Source: Sminthopsis crassicaudata (taxonomy: Eukaryota). Taken from it: 64,000 nt of DNA. The position numbers and the translations under genes were made by a program. This document shows positions 51,915 to 64,000 of the stretch, one piece after another. Within the stretch, counting starts at the first letter, position 1, and every line of letters begins with the position of its first letter. Location: NCBI RefSeq assembly GCF_048593235.1, contig NC_133620.1, positions 465,649,261-465,713,260 on the forward strand, given 5' to 3'. The notes beneath the pieces were generated by a model. That model was not told the origin of the DNA and did not search any database. It saw only the letters and a program-made list of their open reading frames with translations.

Positions 51915-53595
51915 TGCTGATACTAATGCTGCGGCCCACTGCATTTCCCAGACTGAATAAATACAAGTGGAAATGGAGTCTTTTGATTCAATTTCTTTCT
52001 CTTCTCGTAGACCAAGAAGATTTTATTGCAGGCTTACTCTTGGGAGTAATTCTCACGGGTAAACAGTGAATTAAAGACACTTCGGCCATTCTCCCCCGAA
52101 AAACACGCACAATGTTGGTCTTGTTTTTCTTCAGACAGTATTTCCACAAATGCGAAGGGCACAAGGCGAGAGCGAGGCGGCTCACCCTTCGCCTCAGCCC
52201 GATTCCCACGCCTGAGCAGCCGGAGCCTCGAGGCCTGGGCCAGCTCAGGGAGCCAACGGGCGGGGAGAGACAAAGAGGGAAGGACGCCGAGAAGGTGGAC
52301 GAAGGAGGAGGTGACGTTCGGATCTTCCGCCCCACAATGAGACAGAGCAGCCGCGCACTTCTGCCAGGAGCGAGAGGGAAATCAGAGGCCCACGGTCTAT
52401 TTGCTGGTCTAATATTTGGCCGGCCCTCCCCTCCTCCGCTCCTCTCCCCTCCTCGGCATGAGTTTCTAGGCCTACATTTTAGGCCATCTGGTATCTCTGA
52501 AAGAATCCTGCGCATAATTTGAAGCATGAAGTTGTCCATAGCCTCCCTGAGAATATTCCTCCCTGGACCAGGTTCATTTAGATTTCCTTTTAGCTACTAA
52601 AAAATATTCACAAAGAAGAAGAATGCTTAAACTCAGTAGGATATTTATTATTTTTTCCTTCATTCGTATGAAAACATTTAGCCAATAATTTGAAGTACTC
52701 AAGGAGAAACAGAACAAAAAAGTTAGTGTGCTGTGGTACTTTCTGTAGACTCCAGTGCCGTATAAGTAATGGGTTTTGCAGCCTTAAGCAATTTTGCTGA
52801 TGGCTTCCATTCAGAGCAGCATTGTTTTGAGATTCTATTCACTTTGCATGCAAACAAACCACAGAGGATATTTCTAATAGATGTTACATCTGCATACACT
52901 GTATGCTGTCAGCTGCCCTTCCTTCTCGCATATTTTCCCTAGCCGATTTCACACATCTGTTGTAATCTTGTGAATAATATTAAACACAATTTCACAGTCC
53001 GCCTTGCCATGGAGAAGGCTAAACAGACACTCAGAGGATGGCTGAAGGTGGAAAGGAGGCTTCCACCCAAGTGCCCACAGACAAAGGCTAACGGGCGCCA
53101 CAAGTGGGCAGGCTTCGTTCTCACTCGATGATGTCAATTCCGAAATTTGGAACCCTGTAAAACCCTTTATTTATCGGAAAATATCATTCCGAATTTCTCT
53201 CTCGTTCAGCATTCAAAATGTTTTGGATAATCACTTCATCACTCAGAAAAATTTACCCTTCTGATTTGGCCAAATCCTCTGGAGCAAAATCCCTTCCGTG
53301 CTGCCACGGAAATTTGAGTGTTTGACAATAGCTCTTTCACCGACTATGAAAATACCGTCCTGCCTAGAAAAGAAGCCATCATGGAGCCAGCCAACAGGTT
53401 ATAACCGTGACATTGACTTTTCCTTTAAAAAAAAAAAGTTGGTGTCCGATTACTTGAGAGCAGTAACAACATGGCCGCCGTTACAAAGAGCTGGCTCTGC
53501 TCCGGGCAGAGGATTATCATCAATTTTATTCTCCCCTGCTCCCAAGTATGAATCTCCTCAAAGTCATTCGATGACTTAAAGAATGGGGCATTCAG

Positions 53596-54138
53596 CTATG
53601 GAATATTGTTGTTCTATAAGAAATGAGCAGCAGGATGGTTTCAGAGAGACTCGGAGGGACTTAAAGGAACCCATGCCGAGTGAGTGAGCAGAGCCAGGAG
53701 GTCACCGTACACGGCAACAGCAAGACCACCCGACGATCAGCTCTGACGGACGTGGCCCTCTCCAACAATGAGGTGATCCAGACCGGTTCCAACGATCTTG
53801 TGATAAAGAGCCATCGACACCCAGAGAGAGGAGTGCAGGAACTGAGCGTGGCTCACCACATAGACTCTCACTCTTTTTGTTGTTGTTGCTTGCATTTTAT
53901 TTTCTTCATCGTTTCTCTTTTCTGGTTTGATCTGATTTTTCTTGTACAGCAATATCATTGTATAAATATGTATGCACATGTTGGATTTAATATATATATT
54001 TCTACCATGTTTAACATAGACTACTTGCCATCTAGGAGAGGGGGATGGGAGAAGGGGGGAAACGGGAACATAAGGTTTCACAAGGGCTTATTGTACAGAA
54101 TTATCTATGTTTTGAAAAATAAAAAGTTAAAAAAAAAG
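53596..54138 (+). mobile_element. 5'-truncated marsupial LINE-1 3' end with degenerate TSD
   Basis: CTATGGAATATTGTTGTTCTATAAGAAATGA start is homologous to the copy at 55313-55519; ends AATAAAAAGTTAAAAAAAAA; TSD AATGGGGCATTCAG (53582-53595) / AATAGTGCATTCAG (54141-54154). Confidence 0.88.
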
Positions 54139-54689
54139 CCAATAGTGCATTCAGTTTTGAGTCTATTTACTCCAGGTTGGATTGTTCTTTTCTCTCGTTT
54201 TTTCCTTTGTGTTCATGGACAGGATCCAGTAGTAGGCTCTTCTTTGGCAGCCACTTTTTTTTTTTTTTTTTTTTTATCACATTTGATTGGATTCAGTTAT
54301 TTCAGTGCAACTTCCTTCAAAACTCCCATAACTCTCTGGTGTCAACAATTCAACAATAACGTTATATTTGTCTAGAACGAGAAGCCCACGTGGGATTAAA
54401 TACCAATTCAACTACTGGAACCTTGGAAAAGAAGGAGCATGGGCCTGGTCAGACAGACACTGTAAATGTAAATTACTAGCTTCTTTTCCCATTTTATGAA
54501 GAAGTTCCTTGAAATGATTTTTCTTTATTTAAAAATTAATATTTTTTATTATAAAGTTAACAAACTCAAGAAAAAATAAAGGAAAAGAAATAACCCATCC
54601 TCAGTCTAACCATGTAATTAGAACCATTTGCTATAAAAGTCGACTTTAATGGGTCACTATTACCACTCATAATGCATCAATTTTATGTT

Positions 54690-55590
54690 CCTTTCTGGTA
54701 GTTCTCTGTCCTGCTCAAGGTGCTGCCTTGTTGCTGTTGTATTTATACTGCCATTATAGCATCTGTGCTCTTCGTTCTCTTCAGTTCTACCATTTGCATG
54801 ATTTTATCTCTTTCCATGTGCTTAACCCTGATGCATCTGTTACTTCAATGGCACAACAACATGACAATATATGAAGATGCCCTGATTTTTTTCAGCCATT
54901 TCTTAATTATCGGATAGATAATCTTTTTTTTCTTTTCTTTTCTTTTTTTTTAAATTTTTTATTTTATTTTATAATTATAACATTTTTTGACAGTACATAT
55001 GCATGGGTAATTTTTTACAACATTATCCCTTGCACTTACTTCTATTCAGATTTTTTCCCTTCCTCCCCCAACCCCCTCCCCCAGATGGCAAGCAGTCTTA
55101 TATATGTTAAATATATTACAGTATAATTTAGATACAATATATGTGTGTAGAACCGAATTTTTTGTTGCACAGGAAGAATTGGATTCAGAAGGTAAAAATA
55201 ACAGTTTACATTCATTTCCCAGTGTTCCTTTTCTGGATGTAGCTGGTTCTGTCCATCATTAATCAATTGGAATTGGATTAGCTCTTCTCTATGTTGAAGA
55301 AATCCACTTCCATCAGCATACATCCTCGTACAGTATCATTGTTGAAGTGTATAGTGATCTTCTGGTTCTGCTCGTTTCACTCAGCATCAGTTGATGCAAG
55401 TCTCTCCAAGCCTCTCTGTATTTCTCCTGCTGGTCATTTCTTATAGAACAATAATATTCCATAACATTCATATACCATAGTTTACCCAACCATTCTCCAA
55501 TTGATGGACATCCATTCATCTTCCAGCTTTCATCTTTTTTTCACCAGCACAAATAAATAAGCAATGAATCTTTTTGTAGAAATGGGGTTT
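54690..55590 (-). mobile_element. Older degraded L1 fragment interrupted by the younger L1 at 54925-55530
   Basis: Flanks ATGGCACAACAACATG...CAGCCATTTCTTAATT and CACCAGCACAAAT...GAATCTTTTTGTAGAAATGGG resemble the same ORF2 C-terminal region. Confidence 0.5.
54925..55530 (-). mobile_element. 5'-truncated marsupial LINE-1 3' end (ORF2p C-terminus, 3'UTR and poly-A)
   Basis: ORF 55313..55519 (GCPSIGEWLGKLWYMNVMEYYCSIRND...LMLSETSRTRR) is a typical L1 ORF2p C-terminal segment; T-rich tail at 54925-54965. The 3'UTR resembles dasyurid L1 as I recall it. Confidence 0.92.
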
Positions 55591-56191
55591 AATATTAGAA
55601 AAGGTCAAGTGATCCTTCAGAGCAGGGCCTGGGTCGACCCCCTTGCTCTCACGTGCCTTGTCGGGGGTCCCCTGTTGGAAGCAGTTTGAATCTGGCTCTT
55701 TCCGAGTCCGCGTGCCGTGCTCTAGTCTCTTGGCTAAGGCTTTTCAGTACTCGGCCCTTTGATCTCCTTAGTCTAGAACACTCCCTTGTGTGGGCCCACA
55801 GATTTTCCTAAATTTCTATTCGCTATACAAGGTTCTGGCCACTGTGCTTTGTTTCACAGCGACTTCCTGGCTCCTTTTGGCTTTTAGTGAAGGTCTGATA
55901 TTCTCTCTGCTATCTCCAGGTAAATCTTGAAATACAGTGGTCACAACATGAGGCAGTGAGGTTCATGGAGCTTCTGCTCTAAGGAGAGCTGGTTCCCGAG
56001 GGGAGGGAAGGTCCCTCACGGTGTTTCTTGCTGAGGCAGTCCATGATTTCTTTGAGGAAGAATCAGGACGGGCAGCTAAGGACCCCGAAGTGGTTCGGGG
56101 GAAGCGCCTCAAAGACTCATTAAATGACAGAGGGGTGATCTGTCAAGGTGGGTGGACTTTATTCCTCCTTCTCAACCAAAATGTCAACTCT

Positions 56192-56338
56192 TTTTCTTTT
56201 TTTCCCCCTTGGCTGGGGTTAAGTGACTTGCCCAGGGTCACACAGCCAGGAGTGTTAAGTGTCTGAGATAAGATTTGAACTCGGGTCCTCCTGACTTCAG
56301 GGCTGGGGCTCTATCCACTGCACCACCTAGCTGTCCTT
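56192..56338 (-). mobile_element. Marsupial SINE (WSINE1-like) with 14-bp TSD
   Basis: Same family as 44462-44617; TSD AAAATGTCAACTCT (56178-56191) / AAAATGCCAACTCT (56339-56352). Confidence 0.92.
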
Positions 56339-57926
56339 AAAATGCCAACTCTGAAGTCACTTCTCGGGAAGGGAGAGGTCCACGAGCTGTGCAAGCCAGA
56401 CCGAAGAGAGGAGCGGGCTTCCCACAGTTACGTGTCCCTATGGCTGTCTCCATCCCCTTCCCCCTCTTTAAATCTCTAACTTTCCGCTGCCCTGGCCACC
56501 ACTACTCCATATGTGGAGGCTCCTCCATTGGACTAAGTGCCTTGAGGGTAAAGGACTTTCCATTTCTGCTTTGTCACCCACTAGGTAATAAAATGGGCCT
56601 CAGACACATTCCAGCCGTGTGATCCTGGAAGTCACTTCACCTCAACTTCCTCATCTGTAAAATGGGGATAATAATCAAATGAAATAATAACTGAAGTGCT
56701 TAGCCCAGTGCCTGGCTCGTGTGTGCGCATGTACACACTCTCCCTCTCCATCTCCCTCTCTCTCTCATTCTCTTCTCTTCCCAATAAAGGCCTGCTTTGG
56801 GATCAGAACTTTTCCATTCATTCATCTCTCTGAAAGTAAGATGCTCGAACAGACTTCAGCCACAGGGCCTTGTCAAGTTCCTGTGCGTGGAGAAGGGCAC
56901 TCCCGGTCTGGAAGCTCCCTCCACCGACCTAGGCGGGCACCTGCCCTGGGTCCCTGTGGGAAGTGACTGGGCCTGGGAGTCTCAGAGGGAGAAAGGGAGT
57001 CCAAGTCTTCTGGGCTCTGAGGCCTCAGTGTCAATGGCCGAGAAGGGGGGAGCCGGGGGGTGCTGAGCCCAGAATGCTGGGCATGGAGTCAAGAGGATGC
57101 GAGTTCAAATCCCTCCCCAGACACTAGCAGCTAGATGGGCCTAGGCCATCGGTAAGGTGGGGATAAAGATGAGGGGCCAGTCTGCGCCCCCTGGGCCAGC
57201 TTTGCTTCCTCTGAAGTAAGGTCTCCACACTCATCCTTTGAGGGAATCCTGATGTCCAGGAGGCTAACAACCTGACGAGCTCGGAGGCCTTCCTTCTCCC
57301 GGGCCCTCGCTGTGCTCTCTCGGGGCCTCCTTGGCCGGGGACACCACTCGGAGAGTTTTCAGGGGAGGGCTGGGGCCCCCACAAGGTAGGGATCGGGGCT
57401 CAGAGCCCTGGGCAGAGGCCAAGAGCAGCTTCTGAGATTAATGAGCTTCTCGAGTCCCAAGGCAGGACTTGATGTGATTTTTAAAGTGCAAAGTTGTCTT
57501 TTCTTTATCTCACTGACTTGAAAGTTCGGAATCTTTATTGCTCCCAATTAAAAGAGAGGGTATTAAAGCAAGAACTCTGCTTTTCCAAACAGGTGTAAGT
57601 GAGACGCGCACTTAATTGACTGCTGACAAGCCCTCTGTTGTTCCATCGGTGGTAAAACGCAGCTACGGCTCTCGGAAGGACGTCCTGACGGCGTGTCTCG
57701 TGCAAAAATAACGCGATATGCCAAGGAACCAGTAAATTGTTCCTCCTGGGGAATCTCTGATGGAGAGCTTGGTGCGAGCACGCGGACAGACGCCTGCATG
57801 GGCTCGCTTCCTGCTCTCTCTCGCTGGGGCCCCCTCAGTCACAGCCACCATGCTCTCTGGGGCCTCGGCACAAAGAGCGGCTTGTGCCACATCGGTCTCG
57901 GAAACGAGAGAGTGGCCCAAAGCTTC

Positions 57927-57940
57927 GGTGCCATGGCAAC
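57927..57940. promoter_or_regulatory. RFX X-box GGTGCCATGGCAAC
   Basis: 13/14 match to GTTRCCATGGYAAC. Confidence 0.4.
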
Positions 57941-60220
57941 GGACCCTTCAAATGGCATCCCAGATGCGCTTCTGTCATGTCTCTACGGTCCCCTGGGTCT
58001 TCTCCCCCTCAATCGTCCTTTAGACTAGTCAGGACTTTTGCAGGCCTTATAAATTCCTTCCTCAAGTCTTCACATGATGAGCAATGTCATTTCAGATCAG
58101 CCAGTGTGCTCCCTGACATTACTTGTAAACTCCCTGTCGGTGGGGCCGTCCTCTGGGAAGGCCGCAGTGACTTCACATGACTCGGTTACCTTCCGGAACA
58201 CGCTTGGGGGCAAAGCGTGGCACGGTGCCCGGGGCGGTGGCCCCGCTGTACACAAAATGGTCAATCCCATGCCAGCTTATTCCGAGGAGTCATCAAAACA
58301 GGCTGCAAAGCTGATCCGGCATTACAAAATCCCATATGTCACTTGACCCTATAATTCGACTGCTAGAACTCTCGCCCACCAAGCTAAAAGGCTTCTTTTT
58401 CAAACATTTAAATTAATTCAGCAAATACTGATCCCGGCGTGCGTGTCAGGAGCTGCGGCTGTGGCTACAATGACAAAACGACCCCGGCTCCTGCCCCCGC
58501 TCTATTCAGGGCACTTTCTCCATTATGTCATGGGCCCCGTGCAATCCGGTGACGTCTGTGGGTCCCTTCTCAGAATCAGGGTTAAATGCATCAAACACAG
58601 ACATCACAAAGGAAAGCCAGCGTGCTGCCAGAGTGATCGGAATGCCAAAAACACAAGTCCACAGAGCCCAGGTTAAGAGACCCTGCCCCAAGGGAGCCGC
58701 GGAGTGCCGAGGGCCCAGCCTCTGGCCCTTTAAAAGCACCAAGCACCAAAGGAATGGAGAGAGGCCAGAAATTAAACGGCCGCCCTCACGGGAGGGAAGA
58801 CGAGCTTCCTGAAAACGGGGTCATTAGTTCTCCCGATGGCGTCCCCAGTACTTTGCCCCAGGCTTGGCACACAGTAGGCGCCTCCTGATGGATTCCTAGT
58901 GGATCAATTGTGGAAACCAGGACAAACACAATTTCAGAGCACTCAGCCCATGTCCCGAGGATTTCTATCTAGAAGATCTAGATCGCTGTATTAAAGTACA
59001 TATTGTTATTCTTGAAAGAAAGGGAAACATAAAAAGATTTTTCTCCTATCACATAGCGAAAGCCTTGAAAACCATTACTGGTGGGAAATAAATGGTGAAT
59101 GAGCAATTATTAAGCACTCTTTTCGGTGCCAGTTACGGGCTTCTACCTAGCCAAAGTCTTACCCCCGAGGTCCTCCTGGTCAGTTTCCCCTTCCATTTCT
59201 CAACAAACAAAAATCAAGCAAATAATGAGTCTCCTAATACGTGGATTCCATTTGATTTCTTATTCACGTGAATTCTATTTACTCTCTTATTTCCCTGGCC
59301 CTCGGTGTCTTTAAGGTCACACTGTGCGCCGAGTGGTCGCGGGGGGAGGTTCTGTTAGCCTAAGTCACTGGCTTCCTTACTCCCTCTGCCCGTGGCAAGC
59401 GAGGGCCCACTGAGGGGCACACGGAGCGGTGATCTGGGAGCTCAGGGACGGATTCGGGCAGCGCCAGGTTGATGCAAGTCTGGGCAGAGCCTCCACCCTC
59501 TCTGTGATGGAGGCCACCCAGCTGTAAAACTGGGCGGAGAGGTGCCGCAGCCCATGGGACACCTGAACGGAGCTTTCATGGGCAAACACGCTCATCACAG
59601 CCCTGGGCTCCTCTTACCGCAAAAAGAGCAAAACAAAGAGTTGGGCCAATTTTCATTCTTAAATAACTGCCTTCGTGGCAGAGGGAAAGCCAAGCCTGGG
59701 TGGAAGCCTTCAAGGGAAGCTTGTGAGGATCTCGGTACTCGGCTGAGGCTGGCCGGCCGTCGCCTGGCCCTCGAGGGGAGAAACCCCCGGCAGCCGGACC
59801 TGGAGGGAGGTGGAGTGCATCCCCACGGAGCAGGCGTCTAAGCAGAGGCCGAGGACCACCGGCCCGGGCTCTTCAACACTCTTAACCGAGTAGGGTTTGG
59901 GTCCTTCCTAGCTCCGACTCGATCCCCCATCAGCAAGAGGATATAAAGTCTGGGGTCCACGAGCTTATTTTTCAAAAAATCTCTTGTTAACTATATTATG
60001 AATGTTTTATTATATGTATGTTAACACACCCACGTACACACAGACACACACGGGGCTCTCTCTGGAGGCCCAGGGCCACACAGCTCCTCCCTGATACTGG
60101 TTCTTAGAACCTGTAGCTTAAATCCGGCTCACTGACTTGATGCCCTCGGCGCCGACGGCCAAGGGCCGGTTCGGGGCCATTTGGCTCCAAGGACAGGCCC
60201 CAGGAATGGACAGAGGTTGG

Positions 60221-60239
60221 GCCCGCCACCTGGTGGCCG
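60221..60239 (-). promoter_or_regulatory. Candidate CTCF site (core CCACCAGGTGGCG, 60224-60236)
   Basis: 13/13 match to CCASYAGRKGGCR. Confidence 0.45.
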
Positions 60240-60536
60240 CTACTTCCTCTGGCCTTTCAGAGCTGGGCGGGGGCTGGGGCCTAGCTCCGTCCTCCAGGTA
60301 ACTCAGCCAGGACTCCAAGGGCCGGACTTGCCCCTCACTGCAGGAGGCAACAATGAATCCCGCACGGGAGCCACTGTGGCCCCCACCAGCCTGTGGGCTT
60401 TAAATCTCGCTCTGGATTCCAAGAAAGAAAGACCGTCTGACAGGAAGAAGGCGACCCTTTGAGGGTAAGACTCCCTCCTGGGAGCCAGAATGACGCCCCC
60501 CCCCCATCTCCTTCCCGAGCCCATTCCAAATCTTAC

Positions 60537-60585
60537 CTGGTTTGCTCTTTCAAGGTCGGTCATGATCATTTCAATTTCGTCGGCC
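60537..60585 (-). CDS. CUX1: CUX1 exon 9 (49 nt): (K)ADEIEMIMTDLERANQ, coiled coil
   Basis: Minus strand cccag|G GCC GAC GAA ... AAC CAG|gtaaga; peptide present in ORF 60303..60692. Confidence 0.96.
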
Positions 60586-60904
60586 CTGGGGAGAAGGGAG
60601 AGAAGAGGAAAAGCGCTCAGTGACACGAGGCCTCGGGAGCCAAGTCCAGGGGCGGCAGGCCGGAGCCCCCAAGGGCAAGGCGGCCCCCCCAAAGCCTGGA
60701 TTCAATCCGAGGCGGCAGTCAGAGCTGCGGGGTGGGGGGCCCTTCGCCACAGCCACGCTTACACCTTAGGCGGTGATCAGACCGAGGCTGCGCTGGGACT
60801 CCCACTCAGCAAAGACCCTCACCTGACTTAGACGTGGGTCACTGTTCCCAGGTCCTCTCTAGTACCTGGGCAGGTACCAAGGGGGGGGGGGGCAGACACT
60901 CCCA

Positions 60905-61095
60905 AACAGAGAGAGACAGAGAAGGGGACAGAAGGAGAGAAAGAGACAGAGAGAGACAGAGAAACAGAATGAAGAGAGGGAGGGAGAGAGAAAAAGAAAG
61001 AGAGACAGAGACAAAGAGAGAGAGGAGAGGGAGATAGAGAGAGACAGAGGGGGGGAGGGGGGAGAGAAACAGAGATAGACTGAGACATACAAACA
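60905..61095. repeat. (GA)n/GAGACA-rich low-complexity tract
   Basis: Read directly from the sequence. Confidence 0.9.
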
Positions 61096-64000
61096 GAGAA
61101 GGGTGGGGAAGGACAGGCAAAAGAGAGACCCCGCCCAGTTAAAGTGAATGAGACAAGCCCAAACCACAGTGAAACACCCTCATTCTGGGTCACGGAGAGA
61201 ACCCTGGGAAAAGTGCTCCCCCGTCCTCTGAAATGGCCTGGTTCATCAGCCCCCCGGCTGGCGCCCGTGCAGGGAAGGTCTGCGGGGTCTGAGCCGGCAC
61301 GAAGGATGGCGGGAGTGCTCCCTGGCTCAGGGGCCACTTTACTCTTGCTGTGTAGCCTCTGCTGGGTGCGTGTAACAGTGCACAGTCAGCGCTTAATAAA
61401 TGCTTGTGGAGTGACCGATTCGCGCCCTCAGCTCCGGCCCCCAGCAGCCCGCCCGGCGCCCGGCTGTCCGTCTGCCCGACGATCCCCGCTGCTCCAAGCC
61501 CGGGTTCGTTCTCCTGAAGGCCCCCCTTCCACCCCCTGCTCCCCACAGCATTGGCGCGACTCGGGCCTCGGGAAGGAGCTGCGCGTCCTCGCCAAGTAAA
61601 GTTTAAAGAGCCCAAAGGCCCGGAGTGTGTCAGAGCGGGGGGAGAACAAAGGCTCCCTCGTCCCCCTGGTATCATTCCTGGATCTGCAAGGGCCGCGCGC
61701 CGGAGATGTGTGTCCATGAGACGAGGGGCAGGAGCAGAGAGGCGGCGGCTGGCCCAGGCCCTCACAGGGGAGGTGCCGGGATGGGGGGTGCCCGGGCAGC
61801 CTCAGAGACTGATGGCCGTGCCCGACAGCCTTTCATGGCCTGTGCCCAGCCCTGCCCAGACTCTGGGCCTGCGGTCGGGAAGGCCGGACACGTGTGGGCC
61901 GGAGGGTCCTGGGCAGGCTCCAGCTCCCTCAGTTTCTCCACCTGTCAGAAGGGGGGCCCTCCTCCCCGGGGTTATCATGGGGCTCCAAGGAGAGCACATT
62001 TGTAAAGGCTCAGCCCAGAGCCCGGTCCTCCCGCTGGACACCGCTGGCCGGCCTGTCCAGGGAATCCGGCCCCTGTGCTGCCCTCGGGATGGACTGACGA
62101 TGACGAGGAGGCAGCGGCGGGTGGGGGGGCCCAGCTCCCAGCCCGCGTCCGCCACGTGTCAGGAGCCCCCGCGACTGCCGCCATGGCGTGTCCGGCCGGA
62201 ATCCACCTTTGTCAAGCTGAAGGGCACCACCCTGTGACAGCGCTTTGGGGAATGGAAGCTGCTGCCGAGACAAGTCCGTCAACTGCAGCACTGCTAATGA
62301 TTTCATCCAATAAATCACTCAATTAAAATTTACTGGGCACCCACGAGGTTCCTGGCAGGGAGCGAGGTGCTACGGGATGAGGGAGCAGAACAGAGAGGGC
62401 ACAGGCCTTGCCCCCGGGGGATGAGCCATCAAGCAGAGACAGGAGAGCCTGGCAGCGGGCGCCAAGGTGGTGAAAGCGAGGCCGGGAGCGGAAGCATCTC
62501 TCGAGCCAACCAGGAAAGTGCCTCGGACAGTGGGGAGCTGAACCAGAGATGTGGATGACCGGGGGCCATGAGGAAAGGCCCCGTGGAGGGGCCGGACCCC
62601 CCGCTGCCCCTGCCGGTCAGGGCTCCATGCTGAGCGCCACCGTCAGGAAGGGCATTGGCAAAGCAGTGGCTAACGCGGGCTCCTTCCCCTTACAGGCCGA
62701 GGCTGGGGAGTAGAAAGGAACTGGGCCCGAGCAAGGGACGGGGTGGGGGGGGGATTAAGTTGTCCCCCTCGCTGATGATCTTTTAGTGAAAATGGGAATA
62801 GAAGTCATCTACGAAAATACTTCTCCTTTTCGTTGGTGCAATTGGTTTTCAGAGCAGCTACACTGCCCATCTCCGGTGTCCCTCACCCTCTCCGCCTTCC
62901 CCAGCCGAGTCTCAGAGCAAGAAGGAAAGGGCGGGACCCCCAGGTCAGCAAACCAGCATCTCGCCAGCGAGCCAGTCACGGTCCTCTGATGTACCCTCCC
63001 CACCTTCGAGGGTCGGACAGAGCACAAACATTTGTGTAAAAGAATGGAAGGCTCCCTCTTCTATCAAAAACTTAGACAGAAAAAACGCAGGAGAGCAAAG
63101 GGCGACACCGACAGCAGAAAGGAGCCACAATGTGCTTGCCATTTTGAAAATAGCCACGAGGGGACCGGGAACTGGATCAGGGAGCCAGAAGACCGCCATT
63201 CTCGGCCCAATTCTGCCCCCAGGGAGGCTGCCAGCTTGGCCAAGGCTTAATCCGTCTGGGTCTCGGTTTCCTTATCTGTAAAATGTTTGCCAGCAGGCGA
63301 TTCCCTTCAACCCTGCCGTTCTGCACCCAGAGCACAGGTGACCTGTGGGCATGGATGCATTGGCAAACTAAAAATTCTCCCCGGACTACTGCCCATAAAG
63401 AACAAGACCCCCAGCGCTCTGTCTGACACAAGCCCCCTCCCAAGGTTTACCTCAGCCTGGGAGCCACATCTCGAGTTGGATGCAACCACCGGCCCGCAGT
63501 TCCAGTAATCTGCAATATCACTTTCCCGTCTTCTGCCCAGTTTCCCGTCACCAAGCGCCTGAGAAGCGTCCTGGAGGCGCGCTCTGAGCCCACGTGGTCC
63601 TGGCCAGACAAACCTGAACGTCCAGCCAAAATGAAGTCTTCGCTCTGCCCTGTCCTCCGGCGGAGGTCCTTAACGTAGGTGACGGCAGGGTCTACAGAGA
63701 CTTACGGTCTCCCTTCTAGAAGCACCCGTGGAAGGGAGTCAGCGGGACTGGCAAAGCGCTTTGGAACATTGTTTTCGAGTCTGTCCACACCTTCCTACGC
63801 CAATCCTGCAAACCACTGTCAGCATCGCTGCAATACCTGTCCTGAGGGATGGGGGGAGCAGGCGGCGCTTTATGCATTTAGGGACCATGGACACGGAGGG
63901 GAGGAGCCTCAGAGGTTCCCACTGTCTCCTTCCCCCATTTTTCAGATGAGGAAATCAAGGGCCGAGACCCTAGCAGGGATCTTAGCAGCATCTGGTCCAG

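Noticed and set aside
53561-53577. AAGTCAT-TCG-ATGACTT hairpin next to the L1 TSD
   Set aside because: A 7-bp stem is expected by chance; there is no miRNA-length structure.
53680-54375. 231-aa plus-strand ORF
   Set aside because: Runs through an L1 3'UTR and poly-A tail; not homologous in frame to an intact L1 protein.
60586-64000. CUX1 exon 8 ([23 protein letters not shown])
   Set aside because: No matching sequence found; it must lie beyond the window.

Overview
This is eukaryotic (marsupial, probably dasyuromorph) genomic DNA carrying the middle of the CUX1 gene (cut-like homeobox 1, CDP/Cux) on the minus strand. I resolved 13 consecutive coding exons, equivalent to human exons 9-21, from 60585 down to 1069. 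They total 2747 nt (about 915 codons), all have GT-AG boundaries, and the reading frame is consistent throughout. They encode the end of the coiled coil, CUT1, CUT2 and the start of CUT3. Exons 1-8, exons 22-24 (rest of CUT3, homeodomain) and the CASP-specific exons lie outside the window. The introns contain marsupial SINEs (several with target-site duplications), L1/L2/MIR remnants, long purine/pyrimidine tracts, two motif-rich minisatellites, several AT-rich blocks that look like conserved enhancers, and five N gaps. The other long ORFs in the track are low-complexity, repeat-derived or antisense artefacts. I found no new protein-coding or RNA system. The most interesting items are a 1.9-kb ETS-site minisatellite with a 680-bp higher-order duplication just past the exon 18 donor, a 12-E-box minisatellite beside an enhancer-like block, a candidate internal promoter in intron 20, near-perfect RFX and CTCF sites, tandem splice acceptors, and an N gap that exactly preserves the exon 15 frame. 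Exon numbers, human comparisons and repeat family names come from memory, not from database searches.
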